Source: Squalus acanthias (taxonomy: Eukaryota). From it: a stretch of 64,000 bases of DNA. Below the pieces are notes generated by a model. The model searched no databases. It was not told where the DNA came from and saw only the letters and a list, made by a program, of their open reading frames with translations. How positions within the stretch are numbered: position 1 is the stretch's first letter; each line of letters starts with the position of its first letter. Location of the stretch: NCBI GenBank assembly GCA_030390025.1, contig CM059438.1, forward strand, positions 69,628,001-69,692,000, written 5' to 3'. Below, one piece after another: positions 1 through 12,792 of this stretch. Both the position numbers and the translations under genes were made by a program.

Positions 1-729
1 CAGTTAGTATGGGGCAGGTGCCATTATTTAAATGACCCCATTCCTGGGGTTTGGGAAGGAGTCACGGCCAGATGAAAGCAGTCGGTGAAGTTCCGCCCAA
101 CCACTCTTCCGGTGGCACGGCCAAACAGCGATGTTTTCTGCACCACAATGCAACAAACAAACAACTAGATACGAGCAAGCTTGTGCGCACACAGTGGTTT
201 GAAAGTTGCAGTTTGCAGCTTTATTCCCTGGGGGTAGAGGGCATTGTTGCCATAATAATCTGTCCTGTGAGATACTTCACCAGGTGTGCTTATAGGGGAC
301 ATTGTGACACCAACCAGGGGGGGGTCTCGGTTTGATCCTCTATGCTGAGTTAGCTGATCTCGGTCAGGGTGGCAGTAAAGTGCGAGAATTGGTGTTAACT
401 GGAAAAGGGCTACACAGGCCAGTGATTGGCTTATAGAGATAGACTGAACATGGCCAGAAAAACTGACGGCTGGCTGCACTTTCCTTTCTGATGTCATGTT
501 GGCTGCTATTTACTAAGGATACAAGTAATCATCAACTTTGCTGCTGATAAGTTGGAACTTGGTGATTTACCCACAGAGCCAGTAGAGGTTAGTGTGGTAT
601 CTTGAATAAAGATTGGTTTGATAAAAGATTATGTGCAACAGAGATGGCATTGACTGAGGGTACAGACTGGGCTACAGCATAACCTTTCAGTTTTAACAAA
701 CATTTGTCTCAAATTTTAATTTTAATTTC

Positions 730-1200
730 ATTTTTTTTCTCTCTCCAGGCTTTCCCCCTTCTCTTCTGAAGGTGTTGACTTACACGGGGTGCATTTCCCT
801 GGGATCAGCCACTCTCTGGTGACTTGCCCAGTGCCCATTCTTCCTCTGTAACCTTATTCAGGAGGGTCAGTAAACTATTTGACTGTGGGTGGGATGTGTG
901 AAGTGTGGGGGGTTTGTGGGAGAAGAGGTGAGGTTATCCTAGCAACCCTTATGCTGTCTTCACTCAACATTCACAGGGGCACTTGGCAGCAGGACTCTCT
1001 GGATAGCATTGAAAAGCAGGAATCCTGATTTTTTTCCCCCCCTCCTCTACAACCCCTGAACACACACAAATTGGAGCATTGCCTACTGCAACTGAGACCA
1101 GCTCGTTCAAAACAGACAGGACATCATATTTGGGGTCATCCTGCTCTCTGTGGCTCAGTTTCACAGCCAGCAGTCCACTTACCAATTGAGCCATTATGGA
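730..1200 (-). mobile_element. Old dispersed SINE-like repeat (related pieces at about 330-420, 6290-6430, 27100-27290, 37760-37990, 39300-39680, 61240-61390)
   Basis: Degenerate blocks recur between these loci (GGGAGGAAAAAA..GCCA/AGGATTCC, CAC..TGAAGAA..GCCACTTGG..AGGTACC.GAGGG). The class is inferred and the boundaries are fuzzy. Confidence 0.45.
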
Positions 1201-1227
1201 GCTAGTATCAGGATACATATATTGAAT

Positions 1228-1638
1228 AAAAACAGAAAATGCCAGAAATACTCAGCAGGTCAGGCAGCATCTGTGGAGAGAGAAACAGAGTTAACGGTTC
1301 AGGTCAATGACCTTTCGTCAGAACTGAAAACAGTTGGAGATATAACAGGTTTTTAAGCAAGTGCAGAGGCAGAGAAAGGTGGGAGAGGAGGAAAGAACAA
1401 AAGGGGAAGGTCTGTGATAGGGAGGAAGGCAGGAGAGATTGAATGACAAAAAGTATGATTGTACAAAGCAAAAGGAGATGGTAATGGGACAAGTAAAGAA
1501 ACATAGTACAAGTAAAGAGTCATCGACCTGAAGCATTAACTCTGTTTCTCTCCCACAGATGCTGCCTGACCTGCTGAGTATTTCTAGCATTTTCTGTTTC
1601 TATTTCAGATTTCCAGCATTCGCAGTATTTTGCTTTTG
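1228..1638. mobile_element. Penelope-like element fragment with inverted terminal arms
   Basis: 1228-1310 is an inverted repeat of about 1519-1600. It is flanked by the 14-bp direct repeat TACATATATTGAAT (1214-1227, 1639-1652) and carries a hammerhead-like motif. Confidence 0.75.
1289..1326 (-). ncRNA. Degenerate minimal hammerhead ribozyme motif
   Basis: The minus strand reads cAGTT CTGACGA A AGGTC att GACCT GAACCGTT AACT: stem I AGTT/AACT, CUGANGA box, stem II, with GAAA mutated to GAAC. Confidence 0.6.
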
Positions 1639-2799
1639 TACATATATTGAATGTTATTTTGCAGAAGACTACACTGCAGCAGAACCAACTTGCGCTGTGT
1701 GCACACTGCCTCTGGCAGCTATCGGAAATGCATTCCAGATAGGCTTTCAGAGCTGGCTATTTTTGAAATTTGTACACCTTTCTTAAATTTAAAGCCTGCC
1801 TGGAAAAATCTCATAACATGACAACACCTCTCCTTGTCTGGTTTTTGAGTTCATTTCTCAGGAAAGCTCGGAGCAATCTTCCCCCAAAATTCCCCAAAGC
1901 CACCATTATCCACACCTCACAACTAATGTTGTCTTCCAGCAGGGGATCTGTCTTCCACAGCATGACCTTTTCTGAAGCAGTTTTGACTAACATTAATCTC
2001 CCCTTTACTTGTGTTTATGTGGCCGGTGATGCAATATAATTTTATGAATTGTGTTTTAAGTGCAGGAGAAGATTAGAAGATAGTATCCTTGAAAATGTGA
2101 CATTTGTTTCACATATTTCTTATCTCCTGTCAGGATTATCTTCATCTCTGACATCTGTCTCTTCTTTCAAATGTTGTAGTTGATGTTGGATTTTCAGTGA
2201 GCATCAAAGTCTACTTGATGACTCCTTCTCAGCTATTACCACAGGAGTAATTCTCACCAGTATGAACTGCAGTAAAAAGGTGTTCATTTCCTTGGGTGCC
2301 AAAAGAAATTAAAATGAGGCCTACTGTATTGTTATTCAAACTCAAGTCTCTCTGTCAAAATATGAGTAACAGATGGCCTAACAGCCTGTCAAAGCAAGTT
2401 TCAGAACAAAACATAATTTCTGCCAAATAAGATTATCAAGTGGCAGTATTTGGCAAGACATGCGCATATGTCTTGAAGCAGTATGTGTCCTTTCTAATCT
2501 CTCGTGAAATGTAGATTGTTTGAGGATGGAGCTGAACGAAATGTGCAATGTTTCATAATCCCAGGCAAAATGATTTGTCTGTAAGGTGCCTTTTAATAGT
2601 GGTTTGGCCAAAAATGATTTTTAAAAACTCACTTTTTTAAATCTATAAAATTAATAAAATTCTCAACTATTCTGAACATAAAATAGACGACCACGGGTGT
2701 TTAAAGTATTAAATGTAGACTTTTGCCCCCATACTGAACCCATTGCCCATATTAGAATGCTGGAACTAGATTTTTTTTTTCCCCTACGGGAAAGCTGTT

Positions 2800-5105
2800 T
2801 TTTTTTTAAATTCGCTTATGGGATGTGGGCGTCGCTGGCAACGCCAGCATTTATTGCCCATCCCTAGTTGCCCTTGAGAAGGTGGTGGTGATCTGCCTTC
2901 TTGAACCGCTGCAGTCCGTGTGGTGAAGGTACTCCCACAGTGCTGTTAGGGAGGGAGTTCCAGGATTTTGACCCAGCGACGATGAAGGATCGGCGATATA
3001 CTTCTATGTCAGGATGGTGTGTGACTTGGAGGGGAACTTGGAGGTGGTGGTGTTCCCATGCGCCTGCTGCCCTTGTCCTTCTAGGTGGAAGAGGTCGCGG
3101 GTTTGGGAGGTGCTGCCGAAGAAGCCTTGGCGATTGCTGCAGTGCATCTTGTAGATGGTACACACTGCAGCCACGGTACTCCAGTGGTGAAGGGAGTGAA
3201 TGTTTAAGGTGGTGGATGGGGTGCCAATCAAGCGGGCTGCTTTGTCCTGGATGGTGTCGAGCTTCTTGAGTGTTGTTGGAGCTGCACTCATCCAGGCAAG
3301 TGGAGAGTATTCCATCACACTCCTTACTTGTGCCTTGTAGATGGTGAAAAGGCTTTGGGGAGTCAGGAGGTGAGACACTCGCCGCAGAATACCGAGCCTC
3401 TGACCTGCTCTTGTTGCCACAGTATTTATGTGGCTGGTCCAGTTAAGTTTCTGGTTAATGGTGACCCCCAGGATGTTGATAGTGGGGGACTCGGCGATGG
3501 CAATGCCATTGAATGTCAAGGGGAGGTGGTTAGACTCTCGCTTGTTGGAGATAGTCATTGCCTGGCACTTCTGTGGTGCGAATGTTATCTGCTACTTATC
3601 AGCCCAAGCCTGAACGTCATCCAGGTCTTGTTGCATTCGGGCATGGACTGCTTCATTATCTGAGGAGTTGTGAATGGCGCTGAACACTGTGCAGTCATCA
3701 GCGAACATCCCCATTTCTGACCTTATGTTGGAGGGAAGGTCATTGATGAAGCAGCTGAAGATGGTTGGGCCGAGGACACTGCCCTGAGGAACTCCTGAGT
3801 GATGTCTGAGGCTTTGATGATTGACCTTCAACCACCACAGCCATCTTCCTTTGTGCTAGGTATGACACCAGCCAGTGGAGAGTTTTTCCCCTGATTCCCA
3901 TTGACTTCAGTTTTACTAGGGCTCCTTGATTCCAGACTTGGTCAAATACTGCCTTGATGTCCAGGGCGGTCACTCTCACCTCATCTCTGGAATTCAGCTC
4001 CTTTGTCCATGTTTGGACCAAGGCCGTAATGAGGTCGGGAGCAGAGTGGTCTTGGCGGAACCCAAACTGGGCATCAGTGAGCAGGTTATTGGTGAGTAAG
4101 TGCCGCTTGATAGCACTGTCGATGACACCTTCCATCACTTTGCTGATGATTGAGAGTAGACTGATGGGGCGGTAATTGGCCAGGTTGGATTTGTCCTGCT
4201 TTTTGTGGACAGGACATACCTGGGCAGTTTTCCACATTGTCGGATAGATGCCAGTGTTGTAGCTGTACTGGAACAGCTTGGCTAGAGGTGCGGCTAGTTC
4301 TGGAGCACAAGTCTTCAGCACGAAAGCCGGGATGTTGTCGGGGCCCATAGCCTTTGCTGTATCCAGTGCGCTGAGCCGTTTCTTGATATCACGTGGAGTG
4401 AATCAAATTGGCTGAAGACCGGCTTCTGTGATGGTGGGGACCTCGGGAGTAGGCCGATATGGATCATCCACTCGTCACTTCTGGCTGAAGTTGGTTGCCA
4501 ACGCTTCAGCTTGTCCTTTGCACTCACGTGCTGGGCTCCACCATCATTGAGGATGGGGATATTCTTGGAGCCTCCTCCTCCCATTAGTTGTTTAATGGTC
4601 CACCACCATTCACGACTGGATGTGGCAGGACTGCAGAGCTTTGATGTGATCCGTTGCTGGTGGGATCGCTTAGCCCTGTCTATAGCATGCTGCTTCCGCT
4701 TTTTAGCATGCATGTAGTCCTGTGTTGCAGCTTCCCCAGGTTGGGACCTCATTTTTAGGTATGCCTGGTGCTGCTCCTGGCATGCTCTTCTACACTCCTT
4801 GTTGAATCAGGGTTGGTCCTCTGGCTTGATGGTAATGGTAGAGTGAGGGATATGCCGAGCCATGAGGTTACAGATTGTGGTGGAATACAATTCTGTTGCT
4901 GCTGATGGCCCACAGCGCCTCATGGATGCCCAGTTTTGAGCTGCTAGACCTGTTCTGACTCTATCCCATTTAGCACGGTGGTTGTGCCGCACAACACGAT
5001 GGAGGGTGTCCTCAATGTGAAGACGGGACTTCATCTCCAATGCTGTCATGGACAGATGCATCTGCGACCGGTAGATTGGTGAGGACGAGGTCAGGTAGAT
5101 TTTTC
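2800..5105 (-). mobile_element. 5'-truncated non-LTR retrotransposon (CR1/L2-group LINE), RT region with frameshifts
   Basis: ORF pieces contain GPDNIP, NYRPISLLS, QFGFR, ALDIKAVFD, GVPQGSVLGP and FADDC. There is an A-rich 3' tail (T-run at about 2798-2807 on +). Confidence 0.9.
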
Positions 5106-6489
5106 AAGTAGGTTACCTAGCCTGTTCCCATCAGGATGCAGGTCTTATTGCTGTAAATAGGCGCATCTTAAGGTCAATTGTAGTTAATTCCTCTCAAGCA
5201 CCTGCTGAGGGGAATGAAGAAGTATTTTCTGCTGCAGGGGAAGTAGGCTTGGATGTGGAATTGATCCCTTGCCCCTGACCGAAAAGGATGCAGCCGTCAA
5301 CGGTGATATCTCTCAATGGAGTCAAACATCTTGTTCTAGATAGACAACAGTGGAAGAAAATGGGTTGCTTCAAGGGGCACTAGGCACAGAAGACCTTAAA
5401 CTAAACAAAACAAATTGCACCAGACGCAAGATAAAATATCTGAGGTGCATCCAAATCGTAACACTAATGTCTGACTTTGCAGACACATAACAACAGCCCT
5501 TGAAGGATTAATGCAGAAATGTAACACAATGCCATATTCCATTAAAAATAAACACTTTCCAAATAATCTTTTGTTCAGACTCACTGGAGCTTTACATTTT
5601 TCTTAACTGGCTTTTTAAATTCATCTTTGTTACAATTAATCCACGGCTTGGTAACCGTTTTCAGGAAATTTATTTTATGAGGTGTCAGACGAAGCTTGCA
5701 AACTGTCATTTGTCCTGAAAATAATTTTGCGTCTTTGTGGGGCTGGGAACATTTCTTTGTAATAAGTTTCTCATTTCAATCTATCATCAATGATTGTGCT
5801 GTGAATAAGTGACATGAGTGATCTATGGGGCTGATGGCATTTTAATGGATTGTAATTAGTTTTCATTTGTAACTGCAGTGTTGCCCTGGAGACCCCAGTT
5901 TAAATCTAGCCCAAGGATAATAGATGAAAGTTGCTTATTTCATAATGGCTGATCAAGATCTGCAGTTAACTGTGTTTTGCTGGACTGGTATCTCATTTAG
6001 AGAAGAAAACAAAAGATGGATCAATGCTGCGTTGGTCCTGGTGCAAAGCTGCAGTGATGTTGTATTTATATTACAATGAGGGCATTGAAACCCAGCTCAG
6101 AGTGTCACCTGCCACAACCTGCTAGTTATTTTTCCAGTTGCTTTCCAGTGTCACAGGCACCATCTTGCAAGCAACATTCGGGGAGGGGAGCAGGAGCAGG
6201 ACTGAGGAGCAGTGCACATACACAATTGGACCTGACACTACCGAGATTAGTATCTAAATCAGACTGAGAGATAGGTGGGCAACTCTCAGCATCCAACAGG
6301 AGAGTGGAATTTGAGGTGACAGGCCAGCATCTGCCTATGGAACCATACTGCAATGCTGATCGCAGCCTTCAGTGAGGTACCGGAGGGCGGCTGGTGCGTA
6401 TAGATCCGTACTGCGTTAGTCATGGCTATCAAAAAATAAAGGGAGTGGGGAAAAAAATAAAATAAAAATAACATAAATCATAATACACT

Positions 6490-7222
6490 GTACGAGAAGC
6501 TAAATAGGGTAGAGGAGCAAAGGGATCTGGAAGAACAAATACACAAATCACTTAAAGTAACACTGCAGGTTAATAAGGCCATTAAAAAAAAGCAAACCAA
6601 GCACTAGGGTTTATTTCTAGAGGGATAGAATTGAAAAGTAGAGAAGTTATGCTAAACTTGTATTGAACCTTGGTTAGACCACACTTGGAGTACTGTGTAC
6701 AGTTCTGGTTACCATATTATAATAAGGATATAGAGGCACTGGAGATGGTGCAAAAAGGATTTACAAGGATGATACCAGAACTACGAGGTTATATCTATCA
6801 GGAGAGGATGAACAAGCTGGGTCTCTTTTCTCTTGAAAAGGAAAGGCTGCAGGGTAACCTAATAGACGTCTTTAATAAGGTTTTGCTAGAGTAGACAGAG
6901 AGAGTGTTTCCACTTGTGGGGAAGAGCAAAACTAGAAGCCATCAATATAAGATAGTCACCAAGAAATCAAATAGGGAATTCAGAAGAAACTTCTTTACCC
7001 AGAGAGTGGTGAGAATGTGAAACTCGCTACCACAGGGAGTGGTTGAAGCAAATAGTATAGATACATTTATGTGGAAGCTAGATAGGCATATGAGGGAGAA
7101 GTGAATAGATGGTTATGCTGATGGAGTTAGGTGAGGAAAGATGGGAGGAGGCTCAAGCGGAGCATAGACTGGTTGGGCTGAATGGCCTGTTTTTGTGCTG
7201 TATATTCCATGTAATTCTATGT
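6490..7222 (+). mobile_element. CR1 LINE 3' fragment
   Basis: LVRPHLEYCVQFW..LGLFSLE motif, FFTQRVV, and CR1 3' UTR (GGGCTGAATGGCCTG..TGTGCTG) with ATTCTATGT-type tail. Confidence 0.9.
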
Positions 7223-7730
7223 ACCTTCCAATCACAACCCAAGTACTATACAGTGATCTTATGGGGATGCTCAAAACTGTGACCTTAATGTCCAGGGGAG
7301 TTCTGAGGAGCTCAGTGCTTATTTACACAGGAAATATAATGAGACTTTGCATTCCAAGTTCAGGAGTGTAGATGAGAGCCATGATGTTTGGGCAGTGTGG
7401 ACCATCTCCTAAGTCATTTACAGTAATGAAGAAGCCTAGCTGGCATCACCCAGCAAACCTACTCTTGGACTGCATCTCTAGTTTTAAAATCAGTTTTAGC
7501 AATGACCGTCAAGTAAAAGCCCCCGAAAGGTTTAAACTTCCATCAGTTCAGTATTTGCTATGCTGCAGGCCTGAGGGGAAAACTAAGCCTGAGGTGGGTT
7601 GGTTGGTTGGAGATTTTTTTTTTAATGGCTGCATCTCCATGGCATATCATTTGGACTCGCTAGATTAATTTCCAATAATGCAACTGTTTTTTTTTTACTT
7701 TTTAAAAAGTAGTTCCATTCAAAAGTTATT

Positions 7731-8494
7731 GGCCCAAAAATTCGGCCCTTCCCGGGTGAGTACGCGCTCTGTACTCACCCGTATTCAAACCCGAAGTGCC
7801 GGTTTCCTGCATGCACTACGCATGCGCGGGAAACCGGTACTTCCGGTATGGCGAAGGGGGCGGTTCCTAGGTGAACCGCGTGCGCACTACAGGCTGTGCG
7901 CACGCAGCACACTTAGGTTTTTTTTCAGGTTTCAAGGCGAGGGTAAGTATGGAAGATTTTACACATGAAGAAAGGAGGCGTAAGACCCCTTTTGAACAAG
8001 GTAAGTCGTTAATTAAGTATAATTTTTAATTTTTTTCAACAGGTTTATCTTTTTTAGAGACTTTAAAGAAAGGTAAGTTTATTTTTATAACTTTAAATTT
8101 TTTTTTTAATTTTTTCAAAAATTAAAATTTTTGTTTAAAGTGGTTAATTTATTTAACTATAGTTATTTTATTAATGTGATGGTTTTTTAAAAAATTTATT
8201 TGAGGTTTAGCTGTTCTTTTGGGGTCTCTTTCAATTCACAGATTTGACAAGTCTCCTGTCAAATCTATGAATGAAAGATAGTCTGCTGCCATTGGCTCTC
8301 CATGGCCCACGTGATCCCAGAGGTCGCATCGCACTAACTGCGCCCCTGGGACACGCACACACTGCGCGCCGGCACTAGGGAGAGGCCCAGGACCCGAAGT
8401 TCCTGTGGGCCCAAAACACAACGGCCGGCGCGGAGTGTGATATCGCGCGCGATCTTTACCCCCGCGGCAAGCCTCCGAGTCAAATTTCTGGGCC
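7731..8494. mobile_element. Non-autonomous DNA transposon (PIF/Harbinger-superfamily MITE), family A copy 1
   Basis: TIRs GGCCCAAAAATT / AATTTCTGGGCC, 3-bp TSD ATT (7728-7730, 8495-8497), CpG-rich ends and AT-rich core. Homologous to 57059-57798 (inverted) and 37117-37635. Confidence 0.8.
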
Positions 8495-10177
8495 ATTGTT
8501 TGTTGTAAAAAGACTGCCCTGATGCTAAAATCACATTTTGCAGAGTGTGCATTGCCTTAAGTATAGTTTAGCCATGTTCAGAAAGACGGGATGAGACTGC
8601 CTGTGACTGAAAGAAAATCATGAATAATTTAGTTATTTTAGCTGTCATTGAAGTTCTAAATTGCTGCCCATTGTGAAAGATAAATAGTTTGGGCAATGGT
8701 GGTAAATGGTCATTTTCAAAGGCCTGATTAGTTTTGACCATATTCGTGATATTATTCTGAATGTGCTGAGTTTTGCCAGTGTTTAAAGCTCCAGCTTCTC
8801 TCTCTCTCCTTCACTTGAATCTAAAAGCTGACTATCAGCGCCACCCTGTCTTGTTGCTGATTGGTTTAAAAAAAAGGCAGAAATGCTGTTGCCACGGGGC
8901 CTACAAATTTGCAACAATTTTAGCTCCCAGAATGCAGGTAGAACCATCAAAATCTCAGAGGCCATTCTGCCCATTGTTTATTTGCCAGTGGTATCATCCC
9001 CGTGGGATCTATCTTATCTAATTCCAATATCTTCTTTGCTTCCTGTACCATTTAATATCTCTTCTTCAGGTGTTTGTCTAATTCCTCCCTATATATTGTG
9101 AATGAGTCAGCTGAAATGGCCACCTGTGGGGTAACTCTTTGTGTGAGTACGTTTCTTCTAACTTCACCCTTCTCAATTCCAGTAGTAATCTTAGTTCTAT
9201 CATTATTAGGAGAGATGGATGGTGTGAGAAAACTGACTATGCTTTGCGGTTGTTTGGAATGGAGCAAGAGCTGGAAAGGCATCAAACTTTTTTCTCTGGA
9301 GGGAAGAGGCGGTGGGCTCTTAATAAGTTCCAGAACCCCTTATCTATAATGATCATTCTGTAGTGACAATGCTACAGATATAGTGACACACTCTGATGTT
9401 AACAGCATTAAGTTGCAGTTATCCACAAGAAATCTACAACTGTATGAAAAGGAAGCTGTCATGGTGCCTGGTGTCATATTCTTTGAATGCCACCAACCAG
9501 CAGTAATTATAATGGCAAAGACCCCAAGACATGACAGAAAGAAAAGAGATTTTGAAACTGGCTTGCAGAATACAGCCATCAAAGTTAAGACACTGCTTTT
9601 CATGTGTTGTGTAGCAGTACAAATCTACTGCTGTGTGCAACTGACTTCCCAGATTGGACAGACTTGAGAGAACAGACTTCAATCCTTCTGCTCAACCCAA
9701 AATATTCTTTGCCAAGAAGCAATCTTGACTGCACGCCGATTGAGCAGACGCAAGAAGCACTTATTGAAACCGTTTCAGATGTCAGTGACGCACATCGATC
9801 ATGTAGAACGTGCATGGTGAAGCTGCCTTCGGAATTGAGTAAGCACATAACAGGCCTGTCCAAGATTTTCCCTGCACTTCAACACTTCACGGGTCATCAG
9901 AGTCACGTAAAGTGGCAGCTGCAAGGCCAGTAGATACCAACTCTTATTTAGTTTTACTACAGTACTTTTGTCATTGAATTAGGAAATAAAAATTGCCTAA
10001 TCCCTGATGACTTCGCAAGTAAATGTACCAGTTGATGCATAGCTATACAGATCAGAAAGATCATCTCAGGCACACTCAGATACTTTGTCTTGTGGCCGGT
10101 GCCGAGTACCACTTCCATTATCAAACCCAGCTCTTTATGGGGTCAACCGTGACTTTACAAGAGAAATAATTTGTCCT

Positions 10178-10450
10178 TCAGATGAGACGTTAAACCAACG
10201 TCTTGTATGTCCTCTCGGGTGGGCATAAAAGATCCCATTGTACTATTCAAAGAAAAGCAGGGAAGTTCTCCCGGTGTCCTGCCTAATATTTATCCTTCAA
10301 CCTACATCACTAAAACAAATTATCTGGTCATTCATGCCATTGCTGTTTGTGGAACGTTGTGTGCAATTTGACTGTTGCATTTCCCTACATTACATCAGTG
10401 ACTTTAGTTCAAAAGTACTTCATTGGCTAAAGAGCTTTGGGACTTCCCAA
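10178..10450 (+). mobile_element. Deu-domain SINE fragment
   Basis: GATGAGACGTTAAACC..TAAAAGATCCCAT..CTATT..GTTCTCCCGGTGTCCTG block, shared with 20612, 45385 and 61565. Confidence 0.75.
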
Positions 10451-10644
10451 GGTGATAGGGTCTCCATGATCCACTGTTCTGGTGACTTTAAAAAAAATTG
10501 ATCTGATTTGTCAAACATTACCTCTGTTCTTTGAAGCTGTGTTGAATATTCTCTATGAGCCCTGTGAATTCTAGATGATTATTTGCAACATCTAGGAGTA
10601 TGTATTTTCTATCACAAGGTTAAACTCATTGGGCTATAGTTCCC

Positions 10645-12790
10645 ACGCTAGCAGATAATACAAATGGAAGAAGTGAGGGCTTTTATAAGCATATAAAAAG
10701 TAAAAGAACATGTGCAGAGAGGTTAGAACTGCTTGGGGACGAGGAGGAAGTCAAACTGCACAGGATGAGATGTTAACTATTTTCCATCGGTTTTTACAAA
10801 TGATAATAGAAGAGCGCATTTATGTGTAGTGGGGCGGATATGGAAGAATTGTTACAGATAACTGTAGAATAATAATTGGTTCTGAAAATGTTAGCGGAAC
10901 TCAGAAGTGGGTGGAAAGTCACTGGGCCCTGACGGCAAGCATCTTATGTTGTAGAAAGAAATTAGGGAGGAGAAAACAGATGCCCTTGCTATACTTTTTT
11001 CAATCCCCCTTAAATATGCAAATATTGCCAAGGGACTGGATCGTAGCCAAGGTAACATCTTTATTGAAGAAGGGAGAGAAAGATAAATTATATAACTATA
11101 GACCAGTAAGTCTTAAGTCAGTTGTGGACAAATTCTTAGAATCAATAATTCAAATTCAAATTGGCAAGCAATTAATCAAGTACAGCCAGTACATATTTCT
11201 GAAAGGCAAGTTGTATTTGGACAAATGTAATAGTTTTTCTTTAAGAAGTGACAGAGACATAGAGTTACACAGCACAGAAAGAGGCCCTTCGGCACATCGT
11301 GTCCATGCTGGTCATCGAGCCCTGTCTATTCTAATCCCATTTTCCAGCACTTGGTCCGTAGCCTTGTATGCTATAGCGTTTCAAGTGCTCATCTAAATGC
11401 TTCTTGAATGTTGTGAGGGTTCCTGCCTCTACCACCCTTTCAGGCAGTGAGTTCCAGATTCCAACCACCCTCTGGGTGAAAAAGTTTTTCCTCAAATCCC
11501 CTCTAAACCTCCTGCCCCTTACCTTGAAACTACACCCCCTGGTTATTGACCCCTCTACTAAGGGGAAAAGTTCATTTCTATCTACCCTATCTATGCCCCT
11601 CATAATTTTGTACACCTCAATCAGGTCCCCCCTCAGCCTTCTCTGCTCTAAGGAAAACAACCCCAGCCTGTCCAGTCTCTCTTCATAGCTGAAGTGCTCC
11701 AGCCCAGGTAATATCCTGGTGAATCTCCTCTGCACCCTCTCCAATGCAATCACATCCTTCCTATAGTGTGGCGACCAGAACTGCACACAGTATTCCAGCT
11801 GTGGCCTAACTAACGTTTTGTACAGCTCCATCATAACCTCCCTGCTCTTATATTCTATGCCTCGGCTAATGAAGGCAAGTATCCCATATGCCTTTTTAAC
11901 CACCTTATCTACCTGTCCTGCTGCCTTCAGGGATCTATGTACATGCACACCAAGGTCCCTCTGATCCTCTGTTCTTCCTAGGATCCTACCATTCATTGTG
12001 TATTCCCTTGCCTTGTTAGTCCTCCCAAAATACATCACCTCACACTTTTCAGGGTAAATTCCAAATTGGATTGTTAAAGGGAATACAGCAGATGTAGTGT
12101 ATATAGATTTTCAGAAGGTGTTGTCTCATAAAAAGCCTTGTTCGAAAAATTCTGGCTTATAGTATAAAAGGAATTGTAACATTATAGATAGAAGTTGGCT
12201 GATGGACAGGAAACCAAGAGTTGGGGTAAATGGGTGTTTTCTCGGATTGGAGAAGGTTGGCAGTGATGTACTGTGAGGATGGTGTTGGGTCCACTTTTGT
12301 TCTCGATGTACATCTAGATGAGTTGGACTTGGACATTGGAAGCATAATCTTGAAATTTGCTGATGACACAAAAGTAGGAGTTTTTTTAAACAGAATGGGC
12401 AGACAAGTGGCAGCTGCAATTTAATGTGGATAAAGTACATGGTAATAATTTGGGAGGAATAAGCGTATACACTCAGTGAAAAGATGCTGAAGGGAATGAA
12501 CAGATAGACAAAGGGTTCAATTGCATAACCCCAGAAAATGCAAGCGTAGGTAGATAAAGCCTTAAAAAAGCTAACTGATTTTGTTTGAGGAGTCCGTGGT
12601 GATTTCAAATTGTCACAGAATGAGGAGAGAGATAGGAGAAATTTCTTTACGCAGAGGGTTGAGTACGGAATGTTTTGCTACATGGATTGGTTGAAACAGA
12701 GATTAATGCATCTTTTATGGGAAAACTACATAAATATTTGAAGCAGAGGAAGATACAGGGCAATGAGAAGAAAGCAAGGTAGTGGGAGTA
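10645..12790 (+). mobile_element. Old CR1 LINE (ORF2 relic), interrupted by a younger CR1
   Basis: DWIVAKVTSLLKKG..NYRPVSL, then VYIDFQK and LKFADDTK after the insertion. Many stops and indels. Confidence 0.8.
11257..12062 (-). mobile_element. Younger CR1 3' fragment nested in the older CR1
   Basis: Open 235-aa ORF2 C-terminus (QRDLGVHV..LVRPQLEYCVQFWSP..FFTQRVVGIWNSLP..GKWD*) plus CR1 3' UTR. Confidence 0.9.
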
Positions 12791-12792
12791 GC

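Noticed and set aside
5870..6000. LF-SINE-like head (also about 63300-63420, minus)
   Set aside because: Only a faint resemblance to a tRNA-like head, too degenerate to support without an HMM search.
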